Shown here in pieces: positions 1 to 9,923 of a stretch of DNA of 64,000 nucleotides. Position 1 is the stretch's first letter. Each line of letters starts with the position of its first letter. Position numbers and translations under genes: made by a program. The notes below the pieces were generated by a model. That model made no database searches, was not told where the DNA came from, and saw only the letters and a program-made list of their open reading frames with translations. Origin of the DNA: Paraphysomonas bandaiensis (Eukaryota; Protista; Chrysophyceae); the NCBI GenBank assembly GCA_965644295.1, contig CBFFRP010000079.1, forward strand, positions 1 to 64,000. The letters run 5' to 3'.

Positions 1-960
1 GAGAGGGGTCACACAAGGTGGAACTAAGATCCACAGTTGCATGGATCATTATACTGACATGATCCTATGCTGGGTCTGACCTACGCGGTGATTAGCCAAG
101 ATGAGGCGTACGCAGATGACCTCTCCCAAATCCACAGCTTCCGGTGAGGGCCACTCAGCTAAGGCCGACAGCTCTCATCCTTCTCGCCTTCTCCGGAATG
201 CAACTAAACATCCCCAAAACTGAATGCATTGCCCTGGGAGCCCCATTTGCGGTGACGGCCATGTTAGGGTAAACCACACATCATCATAAGAGACTGGAAC
301 TGGTGCCCACACCCCATCCCCATCCGAACAACCACCAATTCCGCAAGTATCTCCCGGCGTACAACTTCCATTCTCAGTAAAGGACACCGGACTCCCACAG
401 CTGGTGCACCACCTGCATATAGCCACATCCACGGCAGTTCTACGATCCAAATGCGCGACACCTGACTGCAAGCTACTCGTCCTCAACACACAAATACTCC
501 CGACCCTACCTATGCAAGGCCCACCAAAAAGCATCCTGGACATACGCTAAATACATCGCCATAGACAAACTACTCGCGCAGGCCGCTAGGAAAATACTCC
601 GTCTCCCCCCTGGATATCCCACGGATCTTATCTACCTTCCCCCGAAATACAAAGGGCTTGGACTGCGCAAATTTTCAACCCACGCCCAGACTCAGAAATG
701 GCATACTCTTCAACGAGCCCTCACACTCGGAGGACAGCCCAAGAGTGCGGCCATATCGCTCTTGCAACGCTACGAGCACCCCCCCCAGGACGTTGACACG
801 TACATCACCAGTCTGGTACAATGGGGTAACAACTAGGCATCAGAATACAGCCTCCCTCCCCAGCTACGCCACAATTCCGAGCTACCATTGACAAAGTCCA
901 ATCACAGCTACAACTGTACAATGATCACAAATATCCTTACAAAGCCATCTTCACGGCACC
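1..960 (+). pseudogene. Degenerate non-LTR retrotransposon (LINE) reverse transcriptase fragment
   Basis: Plus-strand motifs RGVTQGG (3-23), YADD (tacgcagatgac, ~109-120) and the downstream LIYLPPKYKGLG (~627-662) typical of non-LTR ORF2; frameshifts and stops between them; right boundary approximate. Confidence 0.75.
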
Positions 961-1027
961 AGCGGGTGATGCTCCTCAACTCAGACGCAAACCGCGAAAG
1001 AATTTAAATAAATCGTTATTTAAAACG

Positions 1028-1311
1028 TGTAATAGAAAAGTGAGTAACACTGCTATACAACTCTACAGTAACACACACATACAACATCATGTTCAGCATT
1101 TCACTTCAGCACACAACACACCAGATCAGAAGTATTTTATCCGGTACGTATGTACAGCTTCAACACTCCGTGTATACACTGAAAAAGTAGAAACTGAATA
1201 TGTAACTGAAAACTGAAAATACGAAAACACTCTGTACGTGTTAGAGAGTACAACAGAAGAGTAACATATAATACTACTACCAACGCAGAAAATAACCAGT
1301 ACTGCGTTACA
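1028..1311 (-). repeat. Putative 3' LTR of a Ty3/Gypsy element
   Basis: Bounded by TGTAA...TTACA inverted ends; preceded on the minus strand by polypurine tract GGGGGGAAAGAGGGTAG (1312-1328); lies downstream of the integrase ORF. Confidence 0.65.
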
Positions 1312-1541
1312 CTACCCTCTTTCCCCCCAGCTGGAGAAATTAGATTGTGAATACAGACTGTGATTTATGTATGCAAATACTTAAATCGGCCATAATAGAT
1401 AGCGTCATTCTAAGTATAAACAAACAAAATCAGATTTAAACAGATATTGAGAATAAACTAGATAGACAAGGTAGTATTATAATAGAAATAAAAGAATATT
1501 GCAAATATTATCATATAATATAATAGAAGAATAAAACCTGT

Positions 1542-3227
1542 TTACAAGAGTATATCAGGAAAACTCTTGCAAAACTCCGCATCGACAAGCACCATAGTAG
1601 ACGGATTGAAGTCGAAGCATAGTCCATAGCAGTAAACGTCATACGCACTCCATTCATAGGTAGTGTCGAAGAGTGGGCAGTATAAATCGATGCGTAGACG
1701 GCGTTTGCCTGCCCATCGTTTATAACGGCATAATACTACATAATTTGTGACATAGCAATCCGGTAAAGACAATGCATCGTAGAAATCTGCTCCCCAAGCT
1801 CGTAGGTTGATGTACACCTCTTGGCCTGGTTGAACTCCATCAATCTGCTGTTTCCGCATTCGTAGTCGTTGTTCTTTAGCTTCCTTAGCAGAAAATAAAA
1901 GTGGAAACAACGCAGGAACGTCTTTACAATACTGCTGGAAAGCCCGTGCGGTTGCAAGATCGAAATTGTATGGAATCCACACTTGTGAATCATCACTAAA
2001 TAATACGAGAAAATCCATAGTAGATCTCTTTTCAGGATCTCCCCGATACGCCACAATCTTTCGCACTTCATACTGGTTATAGTCTACTAAAGCAATGCGA
2101 AATGCCTCATCATGAGTACCAAAAAATGGTTTAAGCCAAGACATATGAAAGACTACCTCAAATCGCATTACAATATGTGTACAGGTGATATCTGCTTTGT
2201 ACGTAGAGACAACCTCGTATGGACCTTTAAATCTAGGGTATAGTTTTGACGGTTTAAATTTCGAAGAATTTGGTTGGAATAAAACAAGCTGTCCGGGTTG
2301 ATATTCCGTTAAGGTCTCCGGAGGTGTTTTGGATTTTCTCTTTGCTTGGATCTTGCGTTGAACATCACATGCAATCTCACGTATAGTTCTCAAATTCTGA
2401 TTTATAAGGGATAAATACTCCGTAGTATCAACCGAATCTGACACAGCATCTGACAATTTGAAATAAGGTTTGTCTATTGTACCAAATGTAAACTCAAAAG
2501 GTGACAATCCCGTTTCGCTACTTATTTCATCATTCAGTATGAACTGGATTACCATATAGCACTCCGGCTCTCCCCAGCAATCTTGCAACCTTTCATCATG
2601 TACAAGAGCACTTAGAAATCGTAATGTCTCTCTATGAGTTCTCTCCACCATGTTGGACTCATGTCTATCTGTCAAAGACATTCGAAAACGCACGCCAAAC
2701 CATTTTAACAATAACTGAACAACCTCTGCTGTAATATTCGAACCTGGGTCTGAAATTAACACTTCCGATATTCCGTACGTCACGAAATAAGAAAACAACG
2801 CTCGCGCTACTCCAACTGCCGTGTAATCAGTTGCTGGATACAGACCAACCAAACGCGATGGCAATTGCTTTACAACATGGATGCAACAATGCCCTTTCTT
2901 GTCAGGAGGAGACACAGAGAGTGTGTCAAATCCTACATAATGTCTACAATGCTCGGAGTCTAAAGCTCTGATGGGTGCCTGCAAGGAAGCACTCATTCCC
3001 GCATTAAACTTCTGACAAATGGGACACCGATCTATGAAATCTTGTATCACCTCTGTGGTTAGCTTGTGACCTGGAAATACCTTACTCAGCTTTAACCATG
3101 TTCGTTTAACTCCATGGTGACCTATCCGACCATTGTGAACTAAGTCGAACGCCTCTTTGGGTGAACTAGGTTTTATACCTTGAGCCGCTAGTTCATCTAA
3201 AGCTGCAAGTATCTCAGCTGGGAACAC
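1542..3227 (-). CDS. Ty3/Gypsy (chromovirus-type) integrase with chromodomain; no RT or RNase H upstream
   Basis: HHCC (HNGRIGHHG...CPICQK), DDE core (GFDT, ISDPG, VERTHR), GPY/F (RFKGPYEV), chromo-like (YEVRKIVAYRG...FLVLFSDDSQVWIPY). Confidence 0.9.
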   Translation of the reverse strand: MFPAEILAALDELAAQGIKPSSPKEAFDLVHNGRIGHHGVKRTWLKLSKVFPGHKLTTEVIQDFIDRCPICQKFNAGMSASLQAPIRALDSEHCRHYVGFDTLSVSPPDKKGHCCIHVVKQLPSRLVGLYPATDYTAVGVARALFSYFVTYGISEVLISDPGSNITAEVVQLLLKWFGVRFRMSLTDRHESNMVERTHRETLRFLSALVHDERLQDCWGEPECYMVIQFILNDEISSETGLSPFEFTFGTIDKPYFKLSDAVSDSVDTTEYLSLINQNLRTIREIACDVQRKIQAKRKSKTPPETLTEYQPGQLVLFQPNSSKFKPSKLYPRFKGPYEVVSTYKADITCTHIVMRFEVVFHMSWLKPFFGTHDEAFRIALVDYNQYEVRKIVAYRGDPEKRSTMDFLVLFSDDSQVWIPYNFDLATARAFQQYCKDVPALFPLLFSAKEAKEQRLRMRKQQIDGVQPGQEVYINLRAWGADFYDALSLPDCYVTNYVVLCRYKRWAGKRRLRIDLYCPLFDTTYEWSAYDVYCYGLCFDFNPSTMVLVDAEFCKSFPDILL

Positions 3228-4132
3228 TGAATAACAAGCTACATCGTCGGTTTCTGAACTCCATTGCCCTACTTGGTTAAGCTCAATTATAACAACACCC
3301 GGTTTGATAACCAGGGTGTTGGCTCGTAAACAATAGTACTACTATAACACCTACACTGAACCAACAAAGAACAGTAATAACGGTATTATTATTAAAACAC
3401 TTTTCTAAGTCTAGACCTAAACTTAGTTAGTGACCCCCGCAAAGAGCCACCGCGCAATGGTATACCGCCGGTACCCAAGTTCACTGGCACCAAGCTTTGG
3501 TCTAACTTAAAACAAGTGATAAACACCATAGAAGCATATATGCACACACACACACTCCTAACATGGTGCAACACACGTGATGTCATCACACCACCACAGG
3601 TTGTGTAACTCTTCAATCAAAACTGAAAAATACACAGCAACCTGATAGGGAGTGACTCACCAGCGTATGCCGAGAGTACACCGTATACTACGTATCTATA
3701 CCCTACCAGAGACTGAAAACCCCTAATCCAGGAAATACATAAATACGGTACGTATAGTACGTATAGTACGCACACCACATTTGCAATCGAACCCCAATAA
3801 GCCTTGCATAAACACTCGTGCACCTCAAGTGTACAATAGCGACTTCTCTCTTATGATGGTCACATGTACTTGCCCCCCTATAGGGTAGTACGGGTAATAC
3901 ATGTATGTATGTATATGGAAGTATATACTGCAACTGCTATACAGGAATACGGGCCCACATAACTTTGATATAAATTTGCAGCGGGTTTCACATCGACCGG
4001 AGTCACCAGCAGCAGATCATAGTCGTACATCATCATCAGCAGATAAAATTGGACATCATACCCGAACGTTGGCTCAATATGTAGGTACACTGTGGTACAT
4101 TACCAATGTCCAAATGGTGTTGCATAATATGT

Positions 4133-4138
4133 ATCCTG
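4133..4138. repeat. Left target-site duplication ATCCTG
   Basis: Identical hexamer at 19843-19848, directly outside the right TIR; an 8-bp reading TATCCTGA is possible if each TIR is 1 nt shorter. Confidence 0.9.
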
Positions 4139-4395
4139 ATATATTAGAAAAACCGGGGTTCTAGGACAAATTAAACATTTGTCTTAGAACACCTGTTTTT
4201 CTAATATAGATGATGTTGCCGATGTTCACCCATGAAATGTTCTAATGTATGACATTGGACTACGTTAGACTACAGTCCATTTCCCTACGGTGGAATTTTA
4301 GTGTATAAAAGTTTTAATAAATGAAAACTAAGGGGAGGGTCTTAGATTTATGAAAATTGTTAGACAATTGCAATGATAAGAGGAAGAAGATATTT
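4139..4395 (+). repeat. Left terminal inverted repeat (257 bp)
   Basis: Reverse complement of 19586-19842; one mismatch seen (4300 vs 19681). Confidence 0.97.
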
Positions 4396-4488
4396 CACAC
4401 CAAAATCATGAGATCTCATTTCACCTGGAAAATAATTTCGTTTAATTTTTCTCGGATTATTTTTTTCTTAACTATAATAAAACAAAAT

Positions 4489-4848
4489 ATGGAAATTTTC
4501 ATTGTGTACAAAATTACCGGAAGGCATACAAATAAAACATATTATGGAAAAACAATACTACCTGTAGAAAAGCGTCTTTCCCTTTATCTATTATCTTATA
4601 GATATTACAAAGAGACATATGGTTTACCTCCCTATCTCCCAGTTTTTGATATATTTCGAGAAAGTAATGATCTTGATAACGATATTGAAATTACAACAGT
4701 AACATCTGATTTAAGTAATTACAATGCAACCGAATTTAGAGATCTCTATATTCAGCGCGATAAAAACTGTTGTAATAAAAATAGATCAGGTTATACCATG
4801 AAGGAATATCTGGAAGAATATTATATATTAAAAAACCTGCTGCAATAA
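4489..4848 (+). CDS. GIY-YIG-like endonuclease, copy 1 (ATG at 4489 preferred over TTG at 4357)
   Basis: FIVYKITGRHTNKTYYGKT...KRLS, terminal CCNK; shares its upstream leader with the paralog at 4895. Confidence 0.75.
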   Translation: MEIFIVYKITGRHTNKTYYGKTILPVEKRLSLYLLSYRYYKETYGLPPYLPVFDIFRESNDLDNDIEITTVTSDLSNYNATEFRDLYIQRDKNCCNKNRSGYTMKEYLEEYYILKNLLQ

Positions 4849-4894
4849 AAAATAGATCAGGATTATTTTTTTCTTAACTATAATAAAACAAAAT

Positions 4895-5314
4895 ATGAAA
4901 AATTTCATTGTATACAAAATCACCGGAAAGCATACAAATAAAATATATTATGGAAAAACATCGCTACCTGTAAAGAAGCGCCTTTCTCTTCATCTATCAG
5001 CTTATAGATTTTACAAAGAGTCATATGGTTTATCTTCTTATTTCTCAGTTTTTGATATATTTCGAGAAAGCAATGATCTTAAAAGCGATATTGAAATTAC
5101 AGTATTAACACCTGGTTTAAGTAATTACAATGCAGCAGCAATTGAGGATCACTATATTCAGCGAGATAAAAACTGTTGTAATAAAAATAGATCAGGTTTC
5201 ACCACAAGCAACATGAAGGAATATCAAAAAGATTATTGGGAAAAACATAAAAATAAAATTAATAAAATGAGACGTGAGAAATATGCTCAAAATAAAAAAT
5301 CTTGTGTACATTAA
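4895..5314 (+). CDS. GIY-YIG-like endonuclease, copy 2
   Basis: FIVYKITGKHTNKIYYGKT...KRLSLH...AIEDHYI...CCNK plus basic tail KEYQKDYWEKHKNKI; tandem paralog. Confidence 0.8.
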   Translation: MKNFIVYKITGKHTNKIYYGKTSLPVKKRLSLHLSAYRFYKESYGLSSYFSVFDIFRESNDLKSDIEITVLTPGLSNYNAAAIEDHYIQRDKNCCNKNRSGFTTSNMKEYQKDYWEKHKNKINKMRREKYAQNKKSCVH

Positions 5315-5317
5315 AAC

Positions 5318-5593
5318 ATGGAAAATAAAAAACGCGGACGTCCCATAAAATATAACTCGGAAGAAGAGCGAAAGCAAGCAAAGCGGTTACAAGATCAACT
5401 TTCATATAAACGAAGAAAATCACAGCAGAATGAAATTTTAGAAATACTATCTAATGATGAATCATCATCATCGACTTATGAACCCTCGGAAACTGGAACA
5501 TCAGTGTACACAAATACAGAAATCCGTCAAGAAGAGATAAAAATTGAAATTTACTCGGATAGTTTTAATTTGTGTTTGAGTATAAAGAAATAA
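5318..5593 (+). CDS. Small basic protein with AT-hook-like N-terminus
   Basis: KKRGRPIKYNSEEERKQAKR; similar to the pPolB N-terminus. Confidence 0.6.
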   Translation: MENKKRGRPIKYNSEEERKQAKRLQDQLSYKRRKSQQNEILEILSNDESSSSTYEPSETGTSVYTNTEIRQEEIKIEIYSDSFNLCLSIKK

Positions 5594-5620
5594 AATATTG
5601 ACAATAATAAAAAGTATACA

Positions 5621-5887
5621 ATGTCTTATTTATACGGAGATGAAATTAACACTAGCTCAGATGATGAATGGAATAATTATGAAGATTACATTGGTTTCAG
5701 AATAACTAATTCACCACCCCGCAGACAGTCAAACCGCAGGCAGAGAAATACCCGACGGGTGAATAGACAACAAGCTACATCACCAGTTAGCATTACAGAA
5801 CACCCGAATATAACAGAAGAGCAAAATACACCCGCTTGTCCCAGTTCCCCAGTGTCAGTTACAGACCATCCAAATCTGTCTGATTAA
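5621..5887 (+). CDS. Hypothetical viral protein (acidic/Arg-rich, low complexity)
   Basis: ATG-initiated ORF tightly packed in the viral gene run; internal repeat SPVSITEHPN / SPVSVTDHPN. Confidence 0.45.
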   Translation: MSYLYGDEINTSSDDEWNNYEDYIGFRITNSPPRRQSNRRQRNTRRVNRQQATSPVSITEHPNITEEQNTPACPSSPVSVTDHPNLSD

Positions 5888-6007
5888 CAAAAGAGTATAA
5901 AGAAAAAATATTTTTATAGAATAAAAAGAGTATAAAGAAAATATATCTTGTATATAATAAGAACAAGTTTAAACGCTATATTTAAAAACAATCTTGATAA
6001 TAATAAC

Positions 6008-9000
6008 ATGCCAAGACCTTTGAAATACAAAAACGATGAGGAGAGAAAAGCCGCCCGCAATAAACGAACTAAACAACGATCAGGGAAAGAGGCACTGGAA
6101 AAGATGTTATTAGATATCATTTATCAAAAGGGTGAGCATACAGAATATTCACCTATTACAAAGTTGACTGCACGTAAGTTACTGTTAAGACTACCTCGCA
6201 TGCGGAAAGATGAGGTTGGCTTAATTGGTTCACTTATTGAACATAATGAAAAATTTAATGTTGGAACCCTTAAAACAAAATTAAAGAAAATCCGTAAAAC
6301 TGCGGTGATGAAGGGTAAACTAGATAAGGATGATATTGTTGAAACCACAGCAATAAATGGTTCAATGATAAGAGTTGAGTTGAAAGCTGGATTAGGTGAA
6401 AGCGTTGATGTTGACCGTGTTTCAGATGATCTCGGTAAGATCCTTGACGAATTAATCCAAAAACACGGCTCAAATACAATGTTTCGGATATCCACTCAAA
6501 CAACACTTTTATTTAAGGTTGAGATTGAGAAGGACGTGTGGGTGGAAGAAAGAGGCTTCCACTCCACTGCTGGTAGAAATGTAAGTAGGGGTAATGTATT
6601 GGATTTTATTACATATATAACATCTGAAATTGAAAAGACAATTGAATCATGGAAGAGAAGCTCTTATGTTTTTTTAGGAGTTGAGAAGATCGATTTACGA
6701 ATTACACCCATGCGACCTATATATGCAGGAGGGAGTAAACCAACTTGTTTACCTACACCAAAAGATCTGGCAGTGAAGAAATGTATTATTAATGTTGAAT
6801 GCACAGATGGTCGCTGTCTTGAATATTGCATGGTATTGGAAAACCACTATGATGATATTATTAAGGAGGGGAAAAAACCCCAGCGTATTAGTTCATTTAA
6901 AAAAGAATGGTTCGATGAGATTGTAAAACCAAAGAATGTAAGTTATCCTATTAACTTATACAAACACATCCCGCAATATGAACGATTAAACAATATAAAA
7001 ATTACTGTTCTGGGTTACAATGAAGAACATAATGATAAGAAAGGTTTATACACAATGTATTCATCCATGTCAAAATACGAGAAAACAATAACCCTGGTTT
7101 ACATATGCGACAGTAAAACACAAAATGAACATTTTCTATGGGTGCGCAACGTATCCCGTCTTTTTAATAATGGTGAACAGAAAAACGCATACCATTATTG
7201 TATGAATTGTTTGAATGCAAAATATGAAACACATGAAGCACTTAAAGAACATGAAGCACTATGTTTAAAAAACCAATCCTCTAAAGCTATCTTACCACAA
7301 GAGAGAGAAGATGGTACTAAACCTGTTCAGAAGTTTAATAGTTTTTATAAAACACTCAAGCATCCATTTACAATATACACTGATTTTGAGTCAACGCTAA
7401 TAAAAAATAAAGATGGTAAAAGGGGGAATACTGATAAATACCAAATACACAAACCAAATTCATTTGGTTTAAAGTTTAATTGCATTCACGAGAATCACAA
7501 TAAACCAGTAATTACATTTAGACATTGTGATGAAGAGGTAGTTCTTCGCACATTTGTAGAACAAGTTGAAGAGTATGCAAAGGAGGCGTACAACATTAGT
7601 CAATTATACCCTCATTATCACGGGTCAACAAATGATAAAATATGTGAGCTATGTAGAAACTATACAAAGGATGGATTGAAACCTTTACACGATACTATAA
7701 CAGGTGAATTAATAAATTGGGTATGCCCACGCTGTTTAAAATCCCATATGAAAAACAAAAATTTTATCCCTGTTTATGCTCATAACTTAAAAGGATACGA
7801 TAGTCATTTGTTTATTCGAGCTTTAGCTCAATACGGATACACACAGGAAAAAGATAGCACTATTAGTTGTATTCCCAATAATGAGCAAAAGTATATCACT
7901 TTTAGTAAGAAAATTGAGGTGGATAGGGTAATTACTTCAATAGAGGTAGATGAAAACGGGAACCATGTAAAAACATTTAATCCGATATACTTTGAAATAC
8001 GATTTCTTGACACCAACGCGTTTTATTGTTCAAGCCTAGAAAAAGTGATATCTAATTTAACAGCAGAACCTAAAGGAGATATCTCTAAATTACGCAGGAT
8101 CTTAAAAAGCACATCTGAAGCTTTTCCGGATGATGAACAATTCCAACTGATGATTAGAAAAGGAGTATACCCATATGAATGGGTGGATGCAGATTATAAA
8201 TTTATGTCGTCCTCATTACCCCCGAAAAACGCGTTTTTCTCTACACTAGTAGGCGGAGGAATTTCAGATTCCGAGTATAAGCACGGGCAAATGGTGTGGG
8301 ATTCATTCAAATGTCAAACTTTCAAGGATTACCATAATCTCTATTTAAAAGCAGATGTTTTACTTTTAGCAGACTCATGGGAGGTTTTTCGTGATAATAT
8401 TATGAGTATGTTTAATTTAGATTGTGTGTATTCATATACAGCACCTGGGCTAGCATGGGAAGCTTATCTTAAAAAATCAGGAGTTGAACTCGAGCTTCTC
8501 ACCGATATTGATATGTATATGTTTTACGAAAAAAGCATACGCGGTGGTGTTTCTCTAATTACTAAACGACTAGCAACTGTATCAGAAGAAGAGATGAAGA
8601 AACCTCCATTAGAGCGCAATGAAGCTCTGTTATATTTAGACGCTACCAATCTATATGGGTGGGCAATGATTCAGAACTTACCCTATGGTGGATTTGAATG
8701 GGATGATGATGTAAACAAATACACAGAGGAATATATTAAAAGTTTAAAGGATGATGGGGATGAGGGGTATACTCTTGAAGTAGACTTAGAGTATCCAAAA
8801 GAATTACACGATCTCCATAACGACTACCCTTTATGCCCGGAAAGACTTCTTCCTAAGAACGAAATGCTTAATCAATGGCAGATACGCTATGATTCACGCG
8901 GGAACGAAATTCATGAGACAACCCCCAAACTTTGCCCTAATTTACAAGATAAGGAAAAATATGTAATTCACTACCGTGCTCTCAAATTAGCACTTCAACT

Positions 9001-9904
9001 CGGTTTGAAGCTAAAGAAGGTTCACCGTGTGATGCAGTTTTATCAGTCACCTCATATGAAAGAATATATCATGGGCAACACAAAGCTACGAGCTCAAACA
9101 AAGGATGCTTTCAAACGCAATTTATATAAATTACTTAACAATGCAATTTTTGGTAAATCAATGGAAAATGTACGCCAACGCATTAACTTTGAACTGGTTA
9201 CTCAAAGGCCAACAGAGTATAAATTAAGACGAATGAAAGATTTTACAATATTCTCAGAAAATTTGGTTGGTGTTCACCAATATAAATCATTTGTGAAATT
9301 AAATAAACCTATCTATGTGGGTTCAGCTATTTTAGATCTTTCTAAAGTACTCATGCAAGGCTTTCACTATAATGCAGTGCAACCAAGTATTCACGAGATG
9401 GGTGGTAGTGTAGAGTTACTTTTTACTGATACAGATAGTTTATGTTATCATATCAAGGGCTGTAATCCCTATGAATTCATGCATAAGAATAAGAGTTACT
9501 TTGATATGTCAACTTTCTTTGAAAAAGAAAACAAGTACTATGATGAGGAAAATAAAGGTGTTCTCGGAAAAATGAAAGTAGATAAGGATCAAGTAATTAA
9601 AGAGTTTGTAGGTTTACGACCTAAATGTTATAGTTTAAAATATGAAGGTGATAAAGAGGATTACACTTGTAAAGGTGTAAACCGGGCTGCTCGTGCATCA
9701 ATATCCCATCAGGCGTATAAGGAAACACTCTTAACCTTACAATCATTCCCTGTAGTACAAAATAGCATTCGATCCTATAATCATGATGTTTACACTATAC
9801 AACAAGGGAAAATAGGATTATCTGCATATGATAACAAACGGTATATATATGATGATCGAATCCATACCCTATCATTTGGACATTACAAATTATCTCAAAA
9901 CTAA
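6008..9904 (+). CDS. Protein-primed family B DNA polymerase (pPolB) with long N-terminal terminal-protein region
   Basis: ExoI DFES, ExoII HNLKGYD, KGVYPYEW, ExoIII YLKAD, Pol A DATNLYG, Pol B KLLNNAIFGK, Pol C TDTDS, KCY, KGV; first ATG at 6008 (track start TTG at 5948). Confidence 0.97.
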   Translation: MPRPLKYKNDEERKAARNKRTKQRSGKEALEKMLLDIIYQKGEHTEYSPITKLTARKLLLRLPRMRKDEVGLIGSLIEHNEKFNVGTLKTKLKKIRKTAVMKGKLDKDDIVETTAINGSMIRVELKAGLGESVDVDRVSDDLGKILDELIQKHGSNTMFRISTQTTLLFKVEIEKDVWVEERGFHSTAGRNVSRGNVLDFITYITSEIEKTIESWKRSSYVFLGVEKIDLRITPMRPIYAGGSKPTCLPTPKDLAVKKCIINVECTDGRCLEYCMVLENHYDDIIKEGKKPQRISSFKKEWFDEIVKPKNVSYPINLYKHIPQYERLNNIKITVLGYNEEHNDKKGLYTMYSSMSKYEKTITLVYICDSKTQNEHFLWVRNVSRLFNNGEQKNAYHYCMNCLNAKYETHEALKEHEALCLKNQSSKAILPQEREDGTKPVQKFNSFYKTLKHPFTIYTDFESTLIKNKDGKRGNTDKYQIHKPNSFGLKFNCIHENHNKPVITFRHCDEEVVLRTFVEQVEEYAKEAYNISQLYPHYHGSTNDKICELCRNYTKDGLKPLHDTITGELINWVCPRCLKSHMKNKNFIPVYAHNLKGYDSHLFIRALAQYGYTQEKDSTISCIPNNEQKYITFSKKIEVDRVITSIEVDENGNHVKTFNPIYFEIRFLDTNAFYCSSLEKVISNLTAEPKGDISKLRRILKSTSEAFPDDEQFQLMIRKGVYPYEWVDADYKFMSSSLPPKNAFFSTLVGGGISDSEYKHGQMVWDSFKCQTFKDYHNLYLKADVLLLADSWEVFRDNIMSMFNLDCVYSYTAPGLAWEAYLKKSGVELELLTDIDMYMFYEKSIRGGVSLITKRLATVSEEEMKKPPLERNEALLYLDATNLYGWAMIQNLPYGGFEWDDDVNKYTEEYIKSLKDDGDEGYTLEVDLEYPKELHDLHNDYPLCPERLLPKNEMLNQWQIRYDSRGNEIHETTPKLCPNLQDKEKYVIHYRALKLALQLGLKLKKVHRVMQFYQSPHMKEYIMGNTKLRAQTKDAFKRNLYKLLNNAIFGKSMENVRQRINFELVTQRPTEYKLRRMKDFTIFSENLVGVHQYKSFVKLNKPIYVGSAILDLSKVLMQGFHYNAVQPSIHEMGGSVELLFTDTDSLCYHIKGCNPYEFMHKNKSYFDMSTFFEKENKYYDEENKGVLGKMKVDKDQVIKEFVGLRPKCYSLKYEGDKEDYTCKGVNRAARASISHQAYKETLLTLQSFPVVQNSIRSYNHDVYTIQQGKIGLSAYDNKRYIYDDRIHTLSFGHYKLSQN

Positions 9905-9923
9905 TTATAGTACCTTAAAGTAA

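Noticed and set aside
175-891. Short ORFs 175-543, 264-461 and 658-891
   Set aside because: Off-frame or antisense readings of the LINE RT relic
3474-3492. PBS-like TGGTGCCAGTGAAC on the minus strand
   Set aside because: Imperfect tRNA complement and no clear LTR end (CA) directly before it
4357-4488. N-terminal extension of GIY-YIG copy 1 from TTG inside the TIR
   Set aside because: The paralog and duplicated leader point to ATG at 4489
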